From NCBI RefSeq assembly GCF_004365815.1, contig NZ_SODD01000004.1, forward strand, positions 68,617 to 100,616: 32,000 nucleotides of DNA, in the 5' to 3' direction. The translations under genes and the position numbers were made by a program. The DNA is from Breznakia blatticola (GTDB lineage: Bacteria; Bacillota_I; Bacilli_A; Erysipelotrichales; Erysipelotrichaceae). A model generated the notes under the pieces. It was not told where the DNA came from, made no database searches, and saw nothing but the letters and a program-made list of their open reading frames with translations. This document shows positions 27,295 through 32,000 of this stretch, piece by piece (the first letter of the stretch is position 1; each line of letters begins with the position of its first letter).

Positions 27295-27775
27295 AGATGT
27301 CTAGATACATATCATACCACACAGCATCACCATGTGTAGAAGAAGAAATCCCTTGATTGTTAAAGCCAAATTGCTCATAGAAAGATAGTAATTGCTTTTT
27401 GCAAGTAAGAATCATACCTTTACGATTTTGACTTTTACAAGTAGCAATAACATGATTCATGAGAGTAGATGCATAGTGCTTTCCTTGAAAGTCAGGATGT
27501 GTACTAACAGAAAAAATCGCAAAATATACACCATCTGCTTGATACATGTCGCTAGAATCATACATAGAATCACAAATGCATGGTGTATTTGTATACATTC
27601 CACTAATAAAACTTACAATTTGATTGTTTACTTCCAAAACAAAACAACAGTGCTCATAAGTAGTAAGACGCATCATAATTGCATGTAAATTTGCAGCCTC
27701 TGATTTTGGGAAACAAGAAGCTTCAATTGATGCTAATGTTTGTGCATCATCTAAAGTTGCATAACGTATATTCAT
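27293..27775 (-). CDS. GNAT-family N-acetyltransferase
   Basis: 160 aa from ATG 27775 (MNIRYATLDDAQTLASIE...). The acetyl-CoA-binding region is VSTHPDFQGKHYASTLMNHVI. The longer track start at 27832 would overlap the upstream gene. Confidence 0.85.
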   Translation of the reverse strand: MNIRYATLDDAQTLASIEASCFPKSEAANLHAIMMRLTTYEHCCFVLEVNNQIVSFISGMYTNTPCICDSMYDSSDMYQADGVYFAIFSVSTHPDFQGKHYASTLMNHVIATCKSQNRKGMILTCKKQLLSFYEQFGFNNQGISSSTHGDAVWYDMYLDI

Positions 27776-27782
27776 AATAATG

Positions 27783-28535
27783 TTATCTTTCTGACGTACC
27801 AGTATCTTTTTTCCATAAATGGATATTTTCATTACTCAGCATATTTAGTAAGTTTTTATCTGCTTGTGGATAGATTTTATAAATACTTTGAACAAGTTGC
27901 TTCATATCTTCACGTTTACTTACTCCATCGTTTGGACACGTACTTTCTACGATTGGAAGATCGTATTTTTTAACTGCCTGTTTGATATCTTTTTCGTAAG
28001 TATAAATAAGCGGTCGAATAAAGTGAATCTCTTTATCTTCATAATAGATATCTGGTTGAAAGGTTTCTAATCGTCCACCATAGATCGCATTTAAGAAAAA
28101 TGTCTCAATTGCATCATCTGCGTGATGGGCAAAGCATATTTTAGTTGCTTGTCTTTCTTTTGCGATATTGACAATTGCTCCACGCTTTAAAGTAGAACAT
28201 AAACTGCAATCATAAGATCCATCTTTGCGTTGATGATACGCAAGAATCTCATTCATATAGGTGTCTTCTTCATAGTATTCTACACCTAACTTCTTACAAT
28301 ATTCTCTGATTGGTGTACTATCCATATCAGGGAAATTCATTTTTAAATGAACTGCAAGTAGATTAAATTTTTTATGTTCAAACTTTTGGTATAGTGATAA
28401 TGCATATAACAATAACATACTGTCTTTACCACCACTAACGCCAACAATAATTAAATCATTCGATTCGATTAAATGAAAGTCTTCATCTGCTTTGCGTAAT
28501 TGTTTCAGTATTTTCTTCATGCATCTATTATACAT
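27783..28535 (-). CDS. PP-loop ATPase of the TtcA family (tRNA 2-thiocytidine synthetase-like)
   Basis: 250 aa. Carries the PP-loop VGVSGGKDS and the cysteine motifs CSLCSTLKRG and CPND typical of TtcA-type Fe-S thiolases. Confidence 0.82.
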   Translation of the reverse strand: MYNRCMKKILKQLRKADEDFHLIESNDLIIVGVSGGKDSMLLLYALSLYQKFEHKKFNLLAVHLKMNFPDMDSTPIREYCKKLGVEYYEEDTYMNEILAYHQRKDGSYDCSLCSTLKRGAIVNIAKERQATKICFAHHADDAIETFFLNAIYGGRLETFQPDIYYEDKEIHFIRPLIYTYEKDIKQAVKKYDLPIVESTCPNDGVSKREDMKQLVQSIYKIYPQADKNLLNMLSNENIHLWKKDTGTSER

Positions 28536-28655
28536 AATTCCACTTCTTTAGAATACCGTAATTCACAAATTGTAATAATCACCAATTTCGATAGTTTATT
28601 ATACATATTTGTTGTAGCGAATATGGTATAATATGAAAGGAAAAAAGGATGGCTT

Positions 28656-29486
28656 ATGGACGGAATACTCGTAATAAACAAACCAACAGACATGACAAGT
28701 CATGATGTTGTAAATATCGCAAGAAGAAAATTAAAGACAAAGAAAATCGGACACACGGGAATTTTAGATCCTAATGCAACTGGTGTTCTTTTATTGTTGG
28801 TAGGTAAAGCCACAAAAATCTTACCGTTTTTAGAAGATACAGATAAAGAGTATATTGCAACTCTTGCTTTAGGAAAAAAGACATTAAGTGATGATATTTG
28901 GGGTGAAGTGTTAGAAGAAAAGCCAATTACACCAATTGAAGATTTTTCTTCACTTTTACAAAAGTTTCAAGGAACCATCACACAAACTCCACCATTGGTT
29001 TCTAGTATAAAAGTGAATGGAAAGAAACTCTATGAATATGCTAGAGCAAACGAGCCTGTAGAAATACCAACACGCCAAGTGGATATTTATGAAATTGAAT
29101 GTTTAGATGCATCTGCACTAAAGTTTCGTGTGCACTGTGGTAGTGGAACCTATGTACGTTCACTATGTGTAGATATTGCAGCAGCAAGTAATAACTTAGG
29201 CTGTATGTCTTCACTTGTACGCACAAAAGTGGGTCGCTTTGATATAAATCAAGCAACAAATTTAGATGATCTACATCCTGAATCTATGAAATTATATCCA
29301 ATTAAAGAATTGCTTAATCATTTACAGATGGTGGAGTATGAACCAATTGAGGAAATCTATCATGGTAAGAAAATTAAACTAGATACGACTGAAAAACGTG
29401 TATGCATTACACATGATGGTAATTGTATAGCGATTTACAAACGATTAGATAACGGTTTATATGGTAGTGAAAGAGGACTTTGGTAA
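28656..29486 (+). CDS. truB: tRNA pseudouridine(55) synthase
   Basis: 276 aa. Carries GILVINKPTDMTSHDVV and GHTGILDPNATGVLLL (catalytic Asp). An extended -10 TG-g-TATAAT lies at 28624-28632. Confidence 0.95.
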   Translation: MDGILVINKPTDMTSHDVVNIARRKLKTKKIGHTGILDPNATGVLLLLVGKATKILPFLEDTDKEYIATLALGKKTLSDDIWGEVLEEKPITPIEDFSSLLQKFQGTITQTPPLVSSIKVNGKKLYEYARANEPVEIPTRQVDIYEIECLDASALKFRVHCGSGTYVRSLCVDIAAASNNLGCMSSLVRTKVGRFDINQATNLDDLHPESMKLYPIKELLNHLQMVEYEPIEEIYHGKKIKLDTTEKRVCITHDGNCIAIYKRLDNGLYGSERGLW

Positions 29487-30412
29487 TGAAAATATTTGAT
29501 ATATATGCAAACAAGCACTATCAAGTAATGAATAAGACAGTTGCTTGTATTGGTTTCTTTGATGGGGTACATGTAGGACATCAACACTTAATCAAACAAA
29601 CCGTTGAGCTAGCAAAGCAAAAAGGATTAACGCCTGCTTGCATTACGCTTTCAAGAGAACCACTGCAAGTTTTATATCCAGAACGTGATATTAAAACAAT
29701 TATGGATATCGAACAACGTTTACAAGCAATCGGTTCTTATGGAATTCAACAGTGTTATTTACTACATTTTGATCAAGCGATGGCAAATGTAAGTGCTGCT
29801 GATTTTATCGAATTACTAAAATCATTATGCATTGATACAATTGTTGCTGGTGAAGATTTTCGCTTTGGTAAGCAAAACAAAGGGGATGTCTTAATGCTTG
29901 AAAAACAGATGCCAACAAAAATCATTCCATTAGTTGAGTTATATGGACAAAAAATTTCTTCAACAACGATTATTGAAGCACTAGAAAAAGGTGAAGTGGA
30001 ATATGTTAGTTCATGTATGAATCGTTACTATGCAATTGATGGTTTTGTTATCCATGGGAATAAAGTTGGAAGTACAAAACTAGGATATCCAACAGCAAAT
30101 ATAGAGTACAACCCATTTATTGTATTACCTCGGGTTGGGGTATACATCGGACGTGTGATTTATGAAGGGAAAACGTATCGAGCAATGATTAATATTGGAC
30201 ATAATCCGACAATCAACCGACGTGATTTTTTATCGCTAGAAGCACATATACTTGATTTTGATCAAGATATCTATGGAAAACGACTTGTTGTTGAGTTTTC
30301 AAAGTATTTGCGATATGAAAAGAAGTTTAACAGTAAGGAGGAGTTGATTGAACAGTTAGATAACGATGTTCAATCCGTTAGAGATTATACCTATGAAATT
30401 AGAAATGTTTGA
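29486..30412 (+). CDS. ribF: Bifunctional riboflavin kinase / FAD synthetase
   Basis: 308 aa from ATG 29486, which forms a TAATG overlap with truB and follows RBS aagagga. Carries GFFDGVHVGHQHLI and GYPTANI. The riboflavin kinase C-terminus is NIGHNPT...EAHILDF. Confidence 0.93.
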   Translation: MKIFDIYANKHYQVMNKTVACIGFFDGVHVGHQHLIKQTVELAKQKGLTPACITLSREPLQVLYPERDIKTIMDIEQRLQAIGSYGIQQCYLLHFDQAMANVSAADFIELLKSLCIDTIVAGEDFRFGKQNKGDVLMLEKQMPTKIIPLVELYGQKISSTTIIEALEKGEVEYVSSCMNRYYAIDGFVIHGNKVGSTKLGYPTANIEYNPFIVLPRVGVYIGRVIYEGKTYRAMINIGHNPTINRRDFLSLEAHILDFDQDIYGKRLVVEFSKYLRYEKKFNSKEELIEQLDNDVQSVRDYTYEIRNV

Positions 30413-31754
30413 TATTATCGACAGAAGCATTAATTTATTTCAGGAAAACCAAGAAGAGTATTTGATTATCACTAGAGAAATCAAATATACACTTTTAAAT
30501 ATGTTGGATTCAGAAATTCATACTGGAATTACGACGCGAATTAAAACAGAGATGTCTTTACGTGAAAAGATTATTCGTAATCGTTACTATTTGACATTTG
30601 ATTCACCAAGAGCAATTATCGATAATATGCATGATTTAATTGGTTTGAAAATTGATGTGCGTTTTATTGAAGATGAATTTAAAGCATATAAACAATTGAA
30701 AGAATTTTTCAATGTGCAATTGGAAGATGGATACTATATTAATGATCATCATAAGAATTTAGCACTTGATATGGGAAGTTTTCAACCACAAACACAAAAG
30801 AATGGATATACGATTTATCGTATTGATGGATATTTCTTAAATGGAACCCATAAAGTACGCTTTGAACTGCAAATCAAAAGTCTAGTTAACTCGTTTTGGT
30901 CAGATATTGAACATAAACTTGTCTATAAAAACCATACGTTTCGTGTAGCGGATGGGATGATTAAAGATATGTTGAGTTCAATTAAAGCAAATCTAGTGAT
31001 TATCGATCGACAATTGCAAATTATTTATGATTCGTTTGATGGTGAAAATCAAATTACGAGCAGTTTTAATTCCAGATTTTCATTCGAAGAGTTAATAAGT
31101 AAAGCAATCAATGATTTGTGTTTACAAAAACTACAAACTTCGATTGGCTTTGGTGTGGATATACGAGGCACTAGTGCAATTCTTGGACATTATATATTTG
31201 AAAAAGACTTAATGGATTACAGCAATAAAGATCAAATATTATCGTTACTAGGAATTTTTAAACGAATTCAAGATGATGACATGGATTTTGAAAATGCGCT
31301 TGTTGTACATCCGCCAAAACGTGCGAAAGATGCATTTAGTAAAGCAATTTCAAACTTCTTTATTGAAGTGATGAATAAGGATTTTGAATGGTATGTATTC
31401 TTTAAAATACTATTTGCAGTAGAACCAGGAAATAATGATCAAGACTTTGCATTGTTTGTGAAAGTATTCCATGATTCTATTATTGAAAAAGATTGTTATG
31501 AGCAACGATTTAAAAGTTGTAGTCAAAGTGATGCAACTTTAGTTATTCGAGATTTAGAGTTAATGTTAGCACAAGCACTTATTCAAGTAGAAACGATTCA
31601 AATCGTACATAACGAAAGAATCAAGAAAATTCAAGAAACCTATAATAACTTCTTAAACAGTGTAGATAAACGAATTATTAATTACATTGATTTTGAAGTG
31701 AATAAAGAGAATTACCAAAAAGAATTATCTGACAGTGTTGCTCAACTATTTTAG
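30366..31754 (+). CDS. Divergent RelA/SpoT-type (small alarmone synthetase-like) nucleotidyltransferase with an uncharacterised ~260-aa C-terminal extension
   Basis: The longest ORF is 462 aa. Alternative in-frame starts are ATG 30393 and ATG 30405, the latter overlapping the ribF TGA as ATGTTTGA. No start has a good SD. SAS motif equivalents are RIKTEMSLREK (30537-30569), DLIGLK (30633-30650), GYTIYR (30804-30821), ELQIKS (30864-30881) and W..IEHKLVYK (to 30929). The rest has no motif I recognise. Confidence 0.75.
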   Translation: MFNPLEIIPMKLEMFDIIDRSINLFQENQEEYLIITREIKYTLLNMLDSEIHTGITTRIKTEMSLREKIIRNRYYLTFDSPRAIIDNMHDLIGLKIDVRFIEDEFKAYKQLKEFFNVQLEDGYYINDHHKNLALDMGSFQPQTQKNGYTIYRIDGYFLNGTHKVRFELQIKSLVNSFWSDIEHKLVYKNHTFRVADGMIKDMLSSIKANLVIIDRQLQIIYDSFDGENQITSSFNSRFSFEELISKAINDLCLQKLQTSIGFGVDIRGTSAILGHYIFEKDLMDYSNKDQILSLLGIFKRIQDDDMDFENALVVHPPKRAKDAFSKAISNFFIEVMNKDFEWYVFFKILFAVEPGNNDQDFALFVKVFHDSIIEKDCYEQRFKSCSQSDATLVIRDLELMLAQALIQVETIQIVHNERIKKIQETYNNFLNSVDKRIINYIDFEVNKENYQKELSDSVAQLF

Positions 31755-31784
31755 TCTTTGTTGTGCTATAATGAGTTAGTGAGG

Positions 31785-32000
31785 GTGCGCCAGTTCGGTG
31801 CATAATATATAATTGGGTGAAACTCCCAATCTGGTAAAGAATAACCAACAACCAGTACCTAGACTTGGAGCCGAAGCGGTGACGTTAGGTTTAAGCGTAG
31901 TCAAAGAAGTTTGAGAGCCGAAATGCGAAAGCGTGAAGTGATTGAGCCCCGTTAGTTATATAGAGTGGAAGTCGATTCAGTCCTCGCTGACGCAGACAAA
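31785..32000 (+). mobile_element. 5' end (domain I) of a group II intron, truncated by the window edge
   Basis: It begins with the canonical GTGCG (31785-31789). GTGCGCCAG resembles the start of Ll.LtrB. The hairpin ATTGGG-tgaaact-CCCAAT (31812-31830) and CTGG...CCAG (31831-31855) mirror the GGGUGAGAGUCCC / CUGUGAAGG...CAG elements of the bacterial introns I recall. GCCGAAATGCGAAAGCGTGAAG resembles ACCGAAAAGCGAAAGCTGA of Ll.LtrB. No long ORF lies in this stretch. Confidence 0.82.

Noticed and set aside
27776-27832. Upstream extension of the GNAT ORF
   Set aside because: It would overlap the TtcA-like gene by 50 nt. The GNAT fold starts at MNIRYATLDD (ATG 27775), just after that gene's stop.
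31805-31860. Riboswitch-like impression (GGGTGAAACTCCC resembles the GGTGAAA-TCC core of a cobalamin element)
   Set aside because: No B12 box is present. The region begins with GTGCG and matches the group II intron domain I layout much better.
1-32000. Searched for CRISPR arrays, tRNA/rRNA genes, transposase or integrase genes, and long direct or inverted repeats
   Set aside because: None were seen by eye. The only mobile-element signature is the group II intron 5' end at the right edge. Short repeats could have been missed without computation.

Overview
Low-GC Firmicute (Bacillota) chromosomal segment. It is almost entirely + strand, densely coding and mostly housekeeping. Order of content: tail of an RsuA-type pseudouridine synthase, thyA-folA, pdp, nadE, then a Bacillus-like block of ComN-like gene, secDF, recJ, apt and rel. 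A five-gene accessory insert follows (tandem DUF3592-like membrane protein, TMEM175-like channel, TetR plus hemolysin-III/PAQR pair, small ORF). Next comes a T-box leader driving a TfoX_N gene, hisS and aspS, then a probable 6S RNA. An AraR-controlled arabinose cluster follows (araR-araA-araD-mutarotase-FGGY kinase) with a split transketolase, then a minus-strand TtcA-like/GNAT pair and truB-ribF. The last 1.6 kb holds the most unusual material. It has an orphan, divergent RelA/SpoT-type (small alarmone synthetase-like) nucleotidyltransferase fused to an unrecognisable ~260-aa C-terminal region, followed 30 nt later by the 5' end of a group II intron that runs off the window. No CRISPR, rRNA or tRNA genes were seen. 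Many promoters look like extended -10 (TGnTATAAT) types. All RNA folds, motif matches and homology statements were made by eye or from memory and need computational confirmation.
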